A stretch of DNA of 64,000 bases from positions 87,783 to 151,782 of the IMG/VR virus record IMGVR_UViG_3300025000_000061; one strand, given 5' to 3'. The notes beneath the pieces were generated by a model. It was not told where the DNA came from, made no database searches, and worked only from the letters and a program-made list of their open reading frames with translations. Source of the DNA: a virus. Positions 9,290 to 20,877 of the stretch are shown here, piece after piece (position 1 is the stretch's first letter; each line of letters begins with the position of its first letter). A program made the position numbers and the translations under genes.

Positions 9290-10879
9290 TTGAATAACGA
9301 TTTAGGAGATTTAAAAGATGTTTTAATTAATGTTCAAAATGAAATGTTATTAACAGGATGTTTCTATAAAGAACCTGATTTATACATAAAATATGGTCAT
9401 TTTATTAGAAGTAAATATGATTATGCTGATGATGCAATGAAATTTTATTATGATTGTTTTGAATTAATGTATAAAACATTTTCTCAAACAGTTGACGAAT
9501 TTAAAGTAAATACATTTATGACACAAGATGCAGAAAGATTTAAAATTTATAGTAATTATGGTAGATACGAAACAATAAAAAAAATAATGGATATTGTAGA
9601 TACTAACGATGTTGATAATTATTTTGAAACAGTTAAAAAATATTCTTTAGCAAGGGAATACCATAGAAAAGGTTATCCAATTCAAAAAATGGTTAAACAT
9701 CCTCGTTTTCAATCAATGACAGCAGAACAAGTTTATAAAACTATTAAAGCAGGAGCAGATAAAGTTAGTACAGTAATATTATGCAATAAAGAAAGTATTG
9801 TTATTAATAGTGGAGTAAGTGATACAATAGATAATTATTTAATTACTCCACAGATGGGTTTAATAACATCTTGGCATATGTTTAATGAAATGTTTAGAGG
9901 TTGTAGATTAGGAAAAGTATTATTTGATGGTTTATTATCAAATGAAGGTAAAACAAGAAAATTAATGTTATTAGCAGCTTATATAACATTAATAAAAAAT
10001 GAAAAATTTTTTTTAGCAAGTAATGAAATGGATGAAGAAGATTTAAGGAGTTGTTTAATAACTACAGTTTTAAATAATAAAGAATTTAAAGAAGTACATG
10101 GTATTAATATAACTAAAAAAGAAAGAGAAGTTGTTCTAGGATTATATAAAGATGACAAAACTAATGAATTTATACATAGATATGCAAATGAAAAGGGAGA
10201 ATTTATTGAAAGTAAAGAAGAATATATAAAGAGAGTTGTTAAAAATTCTAAAGAATATCAATTAGTTCAAAAAGTTGCTCAATGGGTTGATAGTAAAAGA
10301 GAAACACAATTATTTTTTAAAGATGTTGGTAATGACTATTCTGATGTAGCATTAGAATTTGAATTTAAGAAACATCAAATGATTTATGGTATTAAATATG
10401 GTGGATATGATACACTTAAAGGATTTCATGTTGATGATTGGCAAACTATAAAACAAACTGCAACAAAATTAAAAGAATTAATGAAAGAAATTGGTATGTT
10501 TTTATATGCTGTATTCCAATTAACTGATGATGCAGTATTTACAGATATATTTGATTTAAGTAGTAACAATATAGCTAATTGTAAACAAATTAAACATATT
10601 GCTGATCATTTAAGTATGGGTAAAAGATTAAATAAAGAAGATTATCATAAGTATAAATATATACCTATAGGATGTTGGGGGCAAGAAACATTTGAAAATC
10701 TTAATCCTAACAAAACTTATTATGGTGTAAAAGTAGATAAAAATCGTGGTGGTAACAAATCAGGAATAATGCTTTTTGATGTTAATTTAGATTATAATAC
10801 ATGGGAAAATATTGGAGCATTAGTAAAAACAAATTATAATATTAATGAAACTAAAAAAAATAAAAATAAAAAAGGATAA
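9290..10879 (+). CDS. dnaB: DnaB-like replicative helicase (YorI-like)
   Basis: SNEGKTR Walker A, SNEM, YDTLK, FQL, KNRGG. Confidence 0.88.
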   Translation: MNNDLGDLKDVLINVQNEMLLTGCFYKEPDLYIKYGHFIRSKYDYADDAMKFYYDCFELMYKTFSQTVDEFKVNTFMTQDAERFKIYSNYGRYETIKKIMDIVDTNDVDNYFETVKKYSLAREYHRKGYPIQKMVKHPRFQSMTAEQVYKTIKAGADKVSTVILCNKESIVINSGVSDTIDNYLITPQMGLITSWHMFNEMFRGCRLGKVLFDGLLSNEGKTRKLMLLAAYITLIKNEKFFLASNEMDEEDLRSCLITTVLNNKEFKEVHGINITKKEREVVLGLYKDDKTNEFIHRYANEKGEFIESKEEYIKRVVKNSKEYQLVQKVAQWVDSKRETQLFFKDVGNDYSDVALEFEFKKHQMIYGIKYGGYDTLKGFHVDDWQTIKQTATKLKELMKEIGMFLYAVFQLTDDAVFTDIFDLSSNNIANCKQIKHIADHLSMGKRLNKEDYHKYKYIPIGCWGQETFENLNPNKTYYGVKVDKNRGGNKSGIMLFDVNLDYNTWENIGALVKTNYNINETKKNKNKKG

Positions 10880-10887
10880 TAATTGTT

Positions 10888-11931
10888 ATGGATATAAAAA
10901 GATTAAAACAATATATTTTCAACAATAATAAAGTAGATTATATTCTTTCACAAATTGGTTGTAAAAATATTGTTAGACATAATGATTATTATACATGTGC
11001 AAATTATGATGGAGATAATACTAAGGCTATATGTCAATATTTTAATTCTGAATATCTGAATTGTATAAATTATACTAGAGATATTAAATACAATAAGACA
11101 AATAATCATTCAACTAGTATAATAGACCTTGTTTGTTACAATAAAAAAATAAATATTTTTCAATGTGTTAAATATCTTTGTGATATTTTGGGATTAGATT
11201 ATTATGAAATGGAAAACGAGGATGATATACCTGAAAGTTTAAAAATGCTTCAAATGCTTTATGATATGAAATCTGGTGAATATATTGAAGAAAATTATAA
11301 ATTACAACCAATAAGTGAAAAAATACTTAAATATTATAAACCGTATGTTAATGATATGTTTGCTAATGACAACATATCTTATGAAATACAAAAATATTTT
11401 GAAATAGGTTATGACGATGAAACTAATTATATAACTATTCCTATTAGAGATGAACTTGACAATTTGGTAGGAGTAAAAGGAAGATATTTTGGAAATAACA
11501 ATGAAGTTGAAAATAAATATATTGCATTAGAAAGATATGCGAAATCAAAAATATTATATGGATTAAATAAATCAATTAGACATATAAAAAATAGTGGAAA
11601 ATGTTATATTTTAGAGGCTGAAAAATCAGTAATGAAATTATTTGGTTATGGATATTTAAATTGTGTTTCAATAGGAGGGCATCAAATATCAAGAACACAA
11701 TTAAATAAGTTAGTAGGTATGTGTATTGATATTATAATTTGTTTCGATAAAGATGTAGAAAAAAATATTATATTAAATGAATGTAAAAAAATAAAAGAAA
11801 AAGGAGTAAATAAAGTATTTTATTTATTAGACAAAGATAATATTTTAGAAGAAAAAGAAGCACCATGCGATGATCCAAAAAGGTGGGAAATATTATTACA
11901 TAATAATATTTACGAATATAAAGAAAATTAA
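10888..11931 (+). CDS. dnaG: DNA primase (YorJ-like, TOPRIM)
   Basis: IPIRD..GVKGR, LYGLN, EAEKS, CFDKD. Confidence 0.88.
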   Translation: MDIKRLKQYIFNNNKVDYILSQIGCKNIVRHNDYYTCANYDGDNTKAICQYFNSEYLNCINYTRDIKYNKTNNHSTSIIDLVCYNKKINIFQCVKYLCDILGLDYYEMENEDDIPESLKMLQMLYDMKSGEYIEENYKLQPISEKILKYYKPYVNDMFANDNISYEIQKYFEIGYDDETNYITIPIRDELDNLVGVKGRYFGNNNEVENKYIALERYAKSKILYGLNKSIRHIKNSGKCYILEAEKSVMKLFGYGYLNCVSIGGHQISRTQLNKLVGMCIDIIICFDKDVEKNIILNECKKIKEKGVNKVFYLLDKDNILEEKEAPCDDPKRWEILLHNNIYEYKEN

Positions 11932-11947
11932 ATAGAAGGAGAATAAA

Positions 11948-13705
11948 ATGGATTATATACTTATAGGGAATAATGATATACATAATATTAAAGAGACAAT
12001 ATTAAAAAATCGTGGTATTAAAGATATTGATACATATTTAAATTTAAATCAAAATGTACTTTATGATTATTCATTATTAGATAATATAAACAAAGGAGTA
12101 GAATTATTAAAAAAAATAATAGAAAATAAATTACCTATATATATAGTAGTTGATTGTGATCCTGATGGGTATTGTAGTGCAAGTATTTTATATGATTATA
12201 TAAAAACAAATTTAAATTATACAAATTTAATATATATATTACAAGAAGGCAAAAAACATGGATTATCAAAAGAAGTAATGAATATTTTATTAGCAGAAGA
12301 TCAGAAAATAGGATTAATAGTATTACCAGATGCAGGTACAAATGATATAAAACAATGCAAAGAATTATTTGATATTGGTTATAGTATTTTAATTTTAGAC
12401 CATCACCAAAAGGAAGAAGATAATTCATTCGCCATTGTCATAAATAATCAAGCATGTGATTATCCAAATAAAAATTTATGTGGGGCAGGAATTGTATATA
12501 GATTTTTATGTGCTTTAGATGATGAATATTGGTTATCAAATGCCAATGATTATATTGATTTAGTTGCTTTAGCTAATATATCAGATGTTATGGATTTAAG
12601 AGAATGTGAAACTAAATATTTAGTTGATACTGGATTAAATAATATAGTCCATCCTTTATTTTTAGCATTGTTAAATAGACAAAATTATAGTATTAAAAAT
12701 ATAGAATTTCCAACAATTAATGATATTTCTTTTTACATAACTCCTTTAATAAATGCAATGATAAGAATTGGTACGAAAGACGAAAAAGATTTAATGTTTA
12801 AAGCATTTATTAAAGAATATGATGAATTTGAATACAAACCTAGAAAATCAAAAAATAATCCAGAACCAACAATAATTATGGAATCAATTTATGATAGAGT
12901 TGCTAGATTTTGTATAAATAATAAAAGTAAGCAAGCAAAAATACAAAATAAAAGTGTAGATGAAATATTAACTGTTTATGATGAAAGTAATAAAGTAAAT
13001 TCAATTTGTTTTATTAATGCTACTAAATTTGAAAATGTATCTAAAGATTTAACTGGTCTTATTGCAATTAAAATAGCAGATAAATATAGTAAACCTTGTC
13101 TAATATTAAGAAAAGATAAATATAAAAGTAATGATAGTGACATAATTTTTAGTGGAAGTGCTAGAAATATTAATGATAGTTTTATAGAAGATTTAAAATC
13201 TGAACTTGAAAACAGTAGTTTATTTGAGTCATGTACTGGACATTCTAATGCCTTTGGTACTTCAATTAAAAAAGATAATATACCTATAGCAATACAATAT
13301 TTTAATAATAAATTTAATAATATAAGTAATATAAAAACTCATAAAGTAGATTTTATTTTTGATAAAAATATAAATTATAAAGTAATTAAAGATATATATA
13401 GTATTAAACATTTATTTTCAGGATTTTTAAAAGAACCATTAATAGTAATTGAAAATATTAATGTAGATTTAATGAGTTTCGATATATTTGGTAGTGATGA
13501 AAAAAAACATTGGAAATTTCAAAATGATGTAATTGAATACATAAGATTTAATGTACCAGAAAATGATGAGATGCTTTTATTAGACACTTTTACTTATAGT
13601 AATATAATAATGAATATTATAGGAAAAACAAATATTAATGTATATGGAAGTAAAACAACACCACAATTTATTATTCAAGATTATATGATTATTAATAAAG
13701 AATAG
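11948..13705 (+). CDS. recJ: RecJ-like DHH ssDNA exonuclease (YorK-like)
   Basis: DCDPDG, LDHH, CGAG, SDVM, GSAR, GHSNAFG. Confidence 0.92.
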   Translation: MDYILIGNNDIHNIKETILKNRGIKDIDTYLNLNQNVLYDYSLLDNINKGVELLKKIIENKLPIYIVVDCDPDGYCSASILYDYIKTNLNYTNLIYILQEGKKHGLSKEVMNILLAEDQKIGLIVLPDAGTNDIKQCKELFDIGYSILILDHHQKEEDNSFAIVINNQACDYPNKNLCGAGIVYRFLCALDDEYWLSNANDYIDLVALANISDVMDLRECETKYLVDTGLNNIVHPLFLALLNRQNYSIKNIEFPTINDISFYITPLINAMIRIGTKDEKDLMFKAFIKEYDEFEYKPRKSKNNPEPTIIMESIYDRVARFCINNKSKQAKIQNKSVDEILTVYDESNKVNSICFINATKFENVSKDLTGLIAIKIADKYSKPCLILRKDKYKSNDSDIIFSGSARNINDSFIEDLKSELENSSLFESCTGHSNAFGTSIKKDNIPIAIQYFNNKFNNISNIKTHKVDFIFDKNINYKVIKDIYSIKHLFSGFLKEPLIVIENINVDLMSFDIFGSDEKKHWKFQNDVIEYIRFNVPENDEMLLLDTFTYSNIIMNIIGKTNINVYGSKTTPQFIIQDYMIINKE

Positions 13706-13715
13706 GATGTGAAAT

Positions 13716-16700
13716 ATGTCAAGTAGTTTACATAATCACTCTATGTACAGTCTCCAAGATGCTTTCGGTACTCCAAAAGAAATGTTAGATAGAGCAAAGG
13801 AAATAGGATTAAAAGCATTTGCTATCACAGAGCATGGTAATGCTTATTCTTGGGTATATTTTGATAAAATAAAAAAAGAATATCCTAAAATTAAAATTAT
13901 TTATGGTGTAGAATTTTATGAATGTTTTAATATAAATATTAAAGATAAAGATAATAAATATTTTCATTTAATTGCTCTTGCAAAAAATGAACAAGGTAGA
14001 AAATCATTAAATGAATTAATTACTAGAAGTGAATTTGAAGGTAAATATTATAAACCTAGAGTAGATTTAAATATGTTAAAAAATCATGCAGAAAATTTAA
14101 TTATATTAAGTGCATGTTTAGCAAGTAAAATATCTAGAGAAAATGATTATGATAAATGTATAGAATACATTAAAGAATATAAAAGTATTTTTCCATATTT
14201 TTATTTAGAAATGCAATCTCATAAACATGTTGATCAAGAAAAGTATAATCAAAAAATACTTAAACTATCACAAGATACAAATACTCCTTTTACAATCACA
14301 ACAGACAGTCATGTTGCTATTAAAGAACATCTAAAATATCAGGCAAGACATGTGCAAATTGCAAGAGATGCAGATACTATTTCTGAATCTTACGAAGGTT
14401 GTTATATACAATCAGATGAAGAAATTCATGAAATTATGGATAGTCAAATTGGTAAAGAAAATGTTGAATTAGGTTTAAAAACTTCTGATGATATAGCAGA
14501 TTTAATTGAAATAGTAAGTATGCCATTTCAAGAACCTCAATTGCCAACATTTCCTTTACCAGATGGATTTAAAACTAATAAAGAATATCTTCAACATTTA
14601 ACGCAAATTGGTTGGATTAATAGAAAATATGACAAACGAACAACAAAAGAACAAGAAGTAAGAAAAGAAAGACTGGAATATGAGTTGGATATTATAGATA
14701 AAATGGGATATTGCGGATATTTTCTTATAGTATGTGATTATATTAATTTCTGTAAAGAAAATAATTATCCTATTGGTTCGAGAGGTTCAGCAGGTGGAAG
14801 TTTGGTATGTTATTTATTAGGTATTTCTACTTTAGATCCAATTGATTATAATTTGATTTTTGAAAGATTTTTAAATCCAGAAAGAGTATCAATGCCTGAC
14901 ATAGACCTCGATTTTGCATATAAAGAAAAAGTTATTGAATATTTAATGCAAAAATATGGTGAATTAAGAGTGTGTCAAGTATTAAATTTAGCATCAATAA
15001 CACCTGTAGTAGCAATTAAAGATGTTGGAAGAGTATTAAAAGATGAAAATGGGAAACCACTTATATCTAGTGCGACAATAAATAGTATAAGTAAATTGTT
15101 TACTGAAAAAGAATTTGATAAATGTATGGAAATTAATGATACTGCCATAAAAAAATATACTAGTGAAATTTATAATGAATTATTTGATATTGCAAAAATG
15201 TTAAGTGGCAGAATAAGACATGTTTCAACTCATGCAGGAGGAGTTGGAATTGTTGATACTTCAATATTTGATTATATGCCAATGAAATTAGGAGATAAAG
15301 GAGAACATGTAATTCAAGTTGATAAAGTAATGATAGAAGAAATAGGTATCATTAAATTTGATATTTTAGGATTAAATACACTTGTAATTATTGATGGTGT
15401 TAAAAAACGTGTTGGACTTAGTGATTGGGATATAGACCCTAATAATCTAGAATTTTTACATGATGAAAAAATGTATCAATTGCTACAAAGTGGAAAAACA
15501 AATAATGTATTTCAAGTTGAATCGCAAGGAATGAAAGATTTATTATTAAGACTTAAACCAACGTCATTAGAAGATATTTCAGCAGTTTTAGCACTATATC
15601 GTCCAGATAGTATGAGTTATTTAGAAGATTATATTTATTATAAACACCATCAAGATGAAATTAGATATATACATGAAGATATGATACCAATATTAAAAAC
15701 TACTAATGCTCAAATGATTTATCAAGAGCAATTAATGGAAATAGTAAGAACATTTGGTGGAAGAACATATGGTGGTAGTGACAAATTTAGAAAGGGGATC
15801 GGTAAAAAAGACCCCGAACTTGTTAAAAAAGAATCTGATAAATTATATGAAGAAATAATAAACAATAATTATGATGAAAAAATAGCTAAAATAATTAGTG
15901 ATGATTTACGTTCTAAAGGATCTTATATGTTTAACAAATCGCATTCCGCATTATATGGTGTCACTACACTTCAAACAGCATATTTAAAAGCACATTATCC
16001 AGTTGAATTTTATTGTGAAGTATTTAATGCTTGTGAAGGTAATAATGGTAAACTTAACAAATATTTAGTTGAAGCACAGGAATTAAATATTAAAGTTTTA
16101 CCTCCACATATAAATAAATCAGATTATAAGTTCAATGTTCATGATGGACAAATATTATTTGGTCTTAATTCTATAAATCAAGTTGGAGAAAAAATTGTAG
16201 AAAATATTATAGAAGAGCGTAGTAATGGTAAATATGAAGGTTTAGATAATTTTATGAATAGAGTATTAAATATTTCAATTGCACAATTAGTAATGTTAAT
16301 TAAATCTGGTGCATTACCAACAAAAAATAAAAATAATATGTTATTAAGATGTGCTGATAGATATACACAATCAGAAAAAGAATATAAATCTTATACAGAT
16401 GTTAAAAGTTTACCTTCATTACTAGAATTAAAAACAAAATGGGGTATAGATACAGATACTATTAAAGATAAACAAGAAAGACTAGTATTATATAATCAAA
16501 AAAGAAAGATAGAACATGAAACAATAAAATATCAAGAATGGATAAAAAAAATAAATGATAATAAAAAAGAAGCAATAGAAATATTTAAAAATAAGTATAT
16601 GCAAAATGAACAGTTTTGGGAATTCGAAGCACTATCTATTTTTCTTAGTGATAATCCTTTTGTTGATATTGTTCAATATAATAATGAAAATTTTTATGAA

Positions 16701-16991
16701 TGTGAAAATGGTGATGAATGTGTAATTATAGGTATTATTTCAAGAATACAAAAGAAAAAAGATAGACATAAAAGAGATTATGCTTATATAAATGTATATG
16801 AAAGCAATGGATTATTAGAAGGTATTGCTTGGTCAAGTGTTTATTCTAAATATATTGATTTAATAAAAAAGAATAATAAACTTGCTTTTTATTCAGAAAA
16901 ATCTAGTGATGATAATTTTATTATTAAAAAAATAAAAACAATTAATGAATGGATTAATGATAGAAAATTACATAATGTAATTAATATTTAA
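13716..16991 (+). CDS. dnaE: DNA polymerase III alpha subunit (DnaE-type, YorL-like)
   Basis: PHP HNHS..SLQD, RGSAGGSL, FERFLNPER.SMPDIDLD, KFDILGL, FNKSH. Confidence 0.97.
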   Translation: MSSSLHNHSMYSLQDAFGTPKEMLDRAKEIGLKAFAITEHGNAYSWVYFDKIKKEYPKIKIIYGVEFYECFNINIKDKDNKYFHLIALAKNEQGRKSLNELITRSEFEGKYYKPRVDLNMLKNHAENLIILSACLASKISRENDYDKCIEYIKEYKSIFPYFYLEMQSHKHVDQEKYNQKILKLSQDTNTPFTITTDSHVAIKEHLKYQARHVQIARDADTISESYEGCYIQSDEEIHEIMDSQIGKENVELGLKTSDDIADLIEIVSMPFQEPQLPTFPLPDGFKTNKEYLQHLTQIGWINRKYDKRTTKEQEVRKERLEYELDIIDKMGYCGYFLIVCDYINFCKENNYPIGSRGSAGGSLVCYLLGISTLDPIDYNLIFERFLNPERVSMPDIDLDFAYKEKVIEYLMQKYGELRVCQVLNLASITPVVAIKDVGRVLKDENGKPLISSATINSISKLFTEKEFDKCMEINDTAIKKYTSEIYNELFDIAKMLSGRIRHVSTHAGGVGIVDTSIFDYMPMKLGDKGEHVIQVDKVMIEEIGIIKFDILGLNTLVIIDGVKKRVGLSDWDIDPNNLEFLHDEKMYQLLQSGKTNNVFQVESQGMKDLLLRLKPTSLEDISAVLALYRPDSMSYLEDYIYYKHHQDEIRYIHEDMIPILKTTNAQMIYQEQLMEIVRTFGGRTYGGSDKFRKGIGKKDPELVKKESDKLYEEIINNNYDEKIAKIISDDLRSKGSYMFNKSHSALYGVTTLQTAYLKAHYPVEFYCEVFNACEGNNGKLNKYLVEAQELNIKVLPPHINKSDYKFNVHDGQILFGLNSINQVGEKIVENIIEERSNGKYEGLDNFMNRVLNISIAQLVMLIKSGALPTKNKNNMLLRCADRYTQSEKEYKSYTDVKSLPSLLELKTKWGIDTDTIKDKQERLVLYNQKRKIEHETIKYQEWIKKINDNKKEAIEIFKNKYMQNEQFWEFEALSIFLSDNPFVDIVQYNNENFYECENGDECVIIGIISRIQKKKDRHKRDYAYINVYESNGLLEGIAWSSVYSKYIDLIKKNNKLAFYSEKSSDDNFIIKKIKTINEWINDRKLHNVINI

Positions 16992-17005
16992 AGGAGAGTG
17001 AAATT

Positions 17006-19231
17006 TTGAGTTTTATTATTAAAGGTTATATTTCTAGACAACAACCATTTTTTCAAAAAGGATCATTTAAAATGTATGGTTTTTGTCCTAATGATACATA
17101 TTTAGATAAAGTATCTTTGTCTGATTATGGTAATATTACTATAAAAGGTGAATTACCATCATTAGTTGAAGGTAAAGAATATAAAATAGAAGTAGAATAT
17201 GAGAAAAAAGGTCAATATGAAAGTTATATTGTTAAAAGATTTTTAAATAATCCTATGGATATGAATGAAAACGAAGCATTTAATTTCTTATCAGAACTTG
17301 TTGGTATTAATTTAGCAGATAATATATTAAGAGCATATCCTGATTTTATAAAATTAATAATACAAGGAAAAGAAAATGAAATTGACACTAGTAAAATTTA
17401 CGGAGTGGGAGAAGCTGTTTTAAAAAGAATAAGTAACAAGATTAATCAAAATATTTTGTTTTACAATATAATTAGTGAATATAAAGAATATGAATTAACC
17501 TTAAACCAAATTCAAAAAATATATGATGCATTTAATTCCTTTGATTTATTAAAAGAGAAAATGAATGAAAACCCATATCAATGTTTATGCTCAATAGCAG
17601 GTATTGGATTTACGATAGCAGATAATAAAATATTAAATAAAAACAAATCATTAATTAAATCAAGATATAGAATGGCAGAATGTATTATGTGTATATTAGA
17701 ACAAAATGAAGAAAAAGGACATACATGGATTAAATCAAATGAATTATATTCTGAATGTAGTAAGTTAACTCCACAATGTATGCAAGAATTTAAAGGTGTA
17801 CTAGAACATAATGATAAAATTTATTATGATATAGAAAATAAAAAAGTATCAAAAAAACAAACATATTACTGTGAAAAAGAAATAGCAGAGCGAATAATGA
17901 ACATATCATTAAATCCAAGAGAATTAGATATTGATTATAGTAAGTATAATATGATTGGAGATATTAAATTAACTGATAAACAGATATTATCTTTAGAATA
18001 TACTTGTAAATATAATTTTTATATATTGGCAGGATTTGCCGGTGGAGGCAAGACCTTTAGCACAAATGCTTTACTTGATATGCTGGATGATAATAATTAT
18101 TCATATATACTATTAACTCCCACAGGCAAAGCAGCTAAAAATTTCTATAAAAATACAAATCGTCCAGCAAGTACAATACATCGTGGATTAGGTTTTAATC
18201 CAGCAGAAGGATTTATTTATAATGAAAAAAATAAATTACCTTATGATTTTATTATTGTAGATGAGGCAACGATGATTGATGTGTATTTAATGAGAAGTTT
18301 ATTAAGAGCAGTAAATGAAAAACATAGTAAATTAATATTTATTTGTGATCCGGCTCAAATACCTAGTGTTGGTTGTGGCAATTGTATTCAAGATATAATT
18401 AACAGTAATATATTCCCCACTATTTTTTTAGATAAAGTATTTAGATATAAAGATGGTGGATTAGCAAAAATTGCCACTGATACAAGAAATGGAAGTAGTT
18501 TTTTGAATGATGATGGGATACAAAAATTTGGTGACGATTTTATTTTTATATCAACTTTAAAAGATACATTAGTAGATAAAATAATTAGTGCATATAAAAA
18601 AATGCAAAATAAGGGTGGTTCTGTAGATGACATTATAATCATATCTGCATATAATGTTGGCGATTATGGTACATATAAAATAAATTCACTGATTCAAGAT
18701 TTAGTTAATCCTTCAAATGGTAAAATGGAATTAAGTTATACAAGAAAAAAATTTGAAATTAAATTTAGAGAAAATGATAGAGTGATGCAAATAGTTAATA
18801 ATTATAAAGCACCTATTTTTGAACATGAAGATCAAACAAAAAATAAAGAAGAATATACTGTTGTATTCAATGGTGATGATGGACGAATAATAAAAATAGG
18901 AGTAAATAAAAAAGGCCAAAAATATATGGTTGTTGATTTTGATGGACAATATGTTATATATAGAAACGATGATATATATGATTTACTATTAAGTTATTCA
19001 ATTTCTGCTCATCGTGCTCAAGGTTCAGGTTATCCATATGTTATAGCTATTACTCCACCAACACATAAATTTTTTTTAAATAGAAATTTATTATATGTAA
19101 TATATACTAGAACTAAAGAATTTATGTATAATATTGGTACAATTGATACAATTGACTGTGCATTAAAGAAAAGTGAGAATTTAAATAGGAAAACTCATTT
19201 GAAAGAATTGTTAATAAGATTAAATACATAA
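17006..19231 (+). CDS. recD2: RecD2-like SF1 helicase
   Basis: GFAGGGKT, TPTGKAA, STIHR, VDEA, HRAQGS, LLYVIYTR. Confidence 0.92.
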   Translation: MSFIIKGYISRQQPFFQKGSFKMYGFCPNDTYLDKVSLSDYGNITIKGELPSLVEGKEYKIEVEYEKKGQYESYIVKRFLNNPMDMNENEAFNFLSELVGINLADNILRAYPDFIKLIIQGKENEIDTSKIYGVGEAVLKRISNKINQNILFYNIISEYKEYELTLNQIQKIYDAFNSFDLLKEKMNENPYQCLCSIAGIGFTIADNKILNKNKSLIKSRYRMAECIMCILEQNEEKGHTWIKSNELYSECSKLTPQCMQEFKGVLEHNDKIYYDIENKKVSKKQTYYCEKEIAERIMNISLNPRELDIDYSKYNMIGDIKLTDKQILSLEYTCKYNFYILAGFAGGGKTFSTNALLDMLDDNNYSYILLTPTGKAAKNFYKNTNRPASTIHRGLGFNPAEGFIYNEKNKLPYDFIIVDEATMIDVYLMRSLLRAVNEKHSKLIFICDPAQIPSVGCGNCIQDIINSNIFPTIFLDKVFRYKDGGLAKIATDTRNGSSFLNDDGIQKFGDDFIFISTLKDTLVDKIISAYKKMQNKGGSVDDIIIISAYNVGDYGTYKINSLIQDLVNPSNGKMELSYTRKKFEIKFRENDRVMQIVNNYKAPIFEHEDQTKNKEEYTVVFNGDDGRIIKIGVNKKGQKYMVVDFDGQYVIYRNDDIYDLLLSYSISAHRAQGSGYPYVIAITPPTHKFFLNRNLLYVIYTRTKEFMYNIGTIDTIDCALKKSENLNRKTHLKELLIRLNT

Positions 19232-19261
19232 GAATATTATTAAAATACTAAAATAAATATG

Positions 19262-19290
19262 TTGACATATATCCACCAATCATTTATAAT
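19262..19290 (+). promoter_or_regulatory. SigA-type promoter
   Basis: TTGACA-17-TATAAT. Confidence 0.8.
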
Positions 19291-19373
19291 ATAAATAAAA
19301 AATAATTAAGAAAACAAATAAAAATAATTAAAAGTGTTGATTTTGCAGAATTATCTAAAACTACATACATCAC

Positions 19374-19437
19374 AAACCCTTATAAATCAACACTTTCTAA
19401 TTATCAATATTTGCACAAAATCGATGTTTTGTAACGA
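19374..19437. repeat. Composite element: 23-bp box + 11-6-11 site
   Basis: AAACCCTTATAAATCAACACTTT, 13 nt, TTTGCACAAAA TCGATG TTTTGTAACGA. Confidence 0.7.
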
Positions 19438-19477
19438 TTTACCAAATTAAATAAAATACTTAAAGGAGAATAATTAT

Positions 19478-19807
19478 ATGAAACAAAGAATCACACCACA
19501 ACAACTTAATGAATTATCACCTACACAAAAATCAAACTTATTTAATTGGTGGAAATCAAAAGGAATTAAAATGGGAGATATTTATTATTTAAATGTTAAC
19601 GGAGAAGAATCTGTTAGATGCATTCTTTTTGATTGTGATGGGTTAAGTTTTGAAGGGACGAAAGTAAATTATAAATATTATCCATTATTAAATATTGGTC
19701 AAATGATTGAATTATTAGATGATTTAAATGCACCTTTAGTCAGAGTAAATGGAGTAAATAAATTATGTGATTTTCTTTGGAAAGAAATTAAAGAGATATT
19801 AAAATAA
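19478..19807 (+). CDS. Hypothetical phage protein
   Basis: ORF with RBS. Confidence 0.75.
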   Translation: MKQRITPQQLNELSPTQKSNLFNWWKSKGIKMGDIYYLNVNGEESVRCILFDCDGLSFEGTKVNYKYYPLLNIGQMIELLDDLNAPLVRVNGVNKLCDFLWKEIKEILK

Positions 19808-19830
19808 AGTTTATAAGGAGATTAATTAAC

Positions 19831-20247
19831 ATGAAAAAGACAATTGAATTCACAGCAATTAATTCTGGCGATCAAGAATGTTTCTGTTGGAATGTTGATA
19901 TAGAAACATTTAAAAGAATAAAAGGTAGAGAACCAGATGTATTTGATTATGTTAAAATAGATAGAACAGATATTGATAACTATAAACCAATAGGAGATAA
20001 AATTAAATTATATCCAAATGATATTTTTAAGGGTGAAAAAATTAAAATAAAAATTGAAGTAGAAATATTAGAAGTAATATGTAGTGATTGTGGTAAAGTA
20101 TTAAAACTATCAGAATTAAAACCACCTAATAAATATGAATAACATAATGATTATTATTGTGATGATTGTTTAAATACTTGTTCTGTATGTGGAGAATTAT
20201 TTGCAGATTATTATAATGAAGGTAAATGTGATAGTTGTGCAGATTAA
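19831..20247 (+). pseudogene. Zn-ribbon protein interrupted by in-frame TAA (20140-20142)
   Basis: CxxC motifs continue in frame after the stop (CDDC, CSVC, CDSC). Confidence 0.55.
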
Positions 20248-20271
20248 TAATAAAAAGGAGATTAATTTACT

Positions 20272-20550
20272 ATGAATGATATTTTAACTAAACAAATAGA
20301 TATTATAATGAACAATAAAAAATCAATTAAAGAAAAAATGACTAAACTATTCAAAGAAGAAATAGAAGAAGATGAAAAACTAAGTAAAATTGAAGACACC
20401 TTGAATATATCTATTTCAACTTGTAAAACATGTCGTGGTACTGGTGAAATTTCTGATAGTAGTGGTTATGGTGGATGTTCAGTATCATATTATTCATGTA
20501 GTAAATGTAATGGTAAAGGTTATATAATTAAAGAGAAGGGAGAAAATTAA
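20272..20550 (+). CDS. Protein with DnaJ-type CxxCxGxG zinc finger
   Basis: CKTCRGTG and CSKCNGKG. Confidence 0.75.
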   Translation: MNDILTKQIDIIMNNKKSIKEKMTKLFKEEIEEDEKLSKIEDTLNISISTCKTCRGTGEISDSSGYGGCSVSYYSCSKCNGKGYIIKEKGEN

Positions 20551-20551
20551 T

Positions 20552-20875
20552 ATGGAAAATTTAGAAACACAAGTTTTAAAAAGAATACAAAATATAGATT
20601 TAAATATGCTTAATAATATTATTGATAAGTTAGCAATGTATGGAATTATATTTTATAATAATTATGGAGAATTTGAGTTTAATAAATTCAAAAATGATTG
20701 TTATAAAACACATAAATTATTGTATAAAAATAATAAACCAGATCCAGATATAGGAATTAAATATCAACTATGTGATTTTATGAGTGCAATTCAATCTATC
20801 GTTGGGATAAGAAATTTAGCAGAGTTTATGGGTAAAAAATTGAAATATACTATCTATATAGAAAGAAGGTTTTAA
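20552..20875 (+). CDS. Hypothetical protein
   Basis: ORF with RBS. Confidence 0.7.
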   Translation: MENLETQVLKRIQNIDLNMLNNIIDKLAMYGIIFYNNYGEFEFNKFKNDCYKTHKLLYKNNKPDPDIGIKYQLCDFMSAIQSIVGIRNLAEFMGKKLKYTIYIERRF

Positions 20876-20877
20876 TC

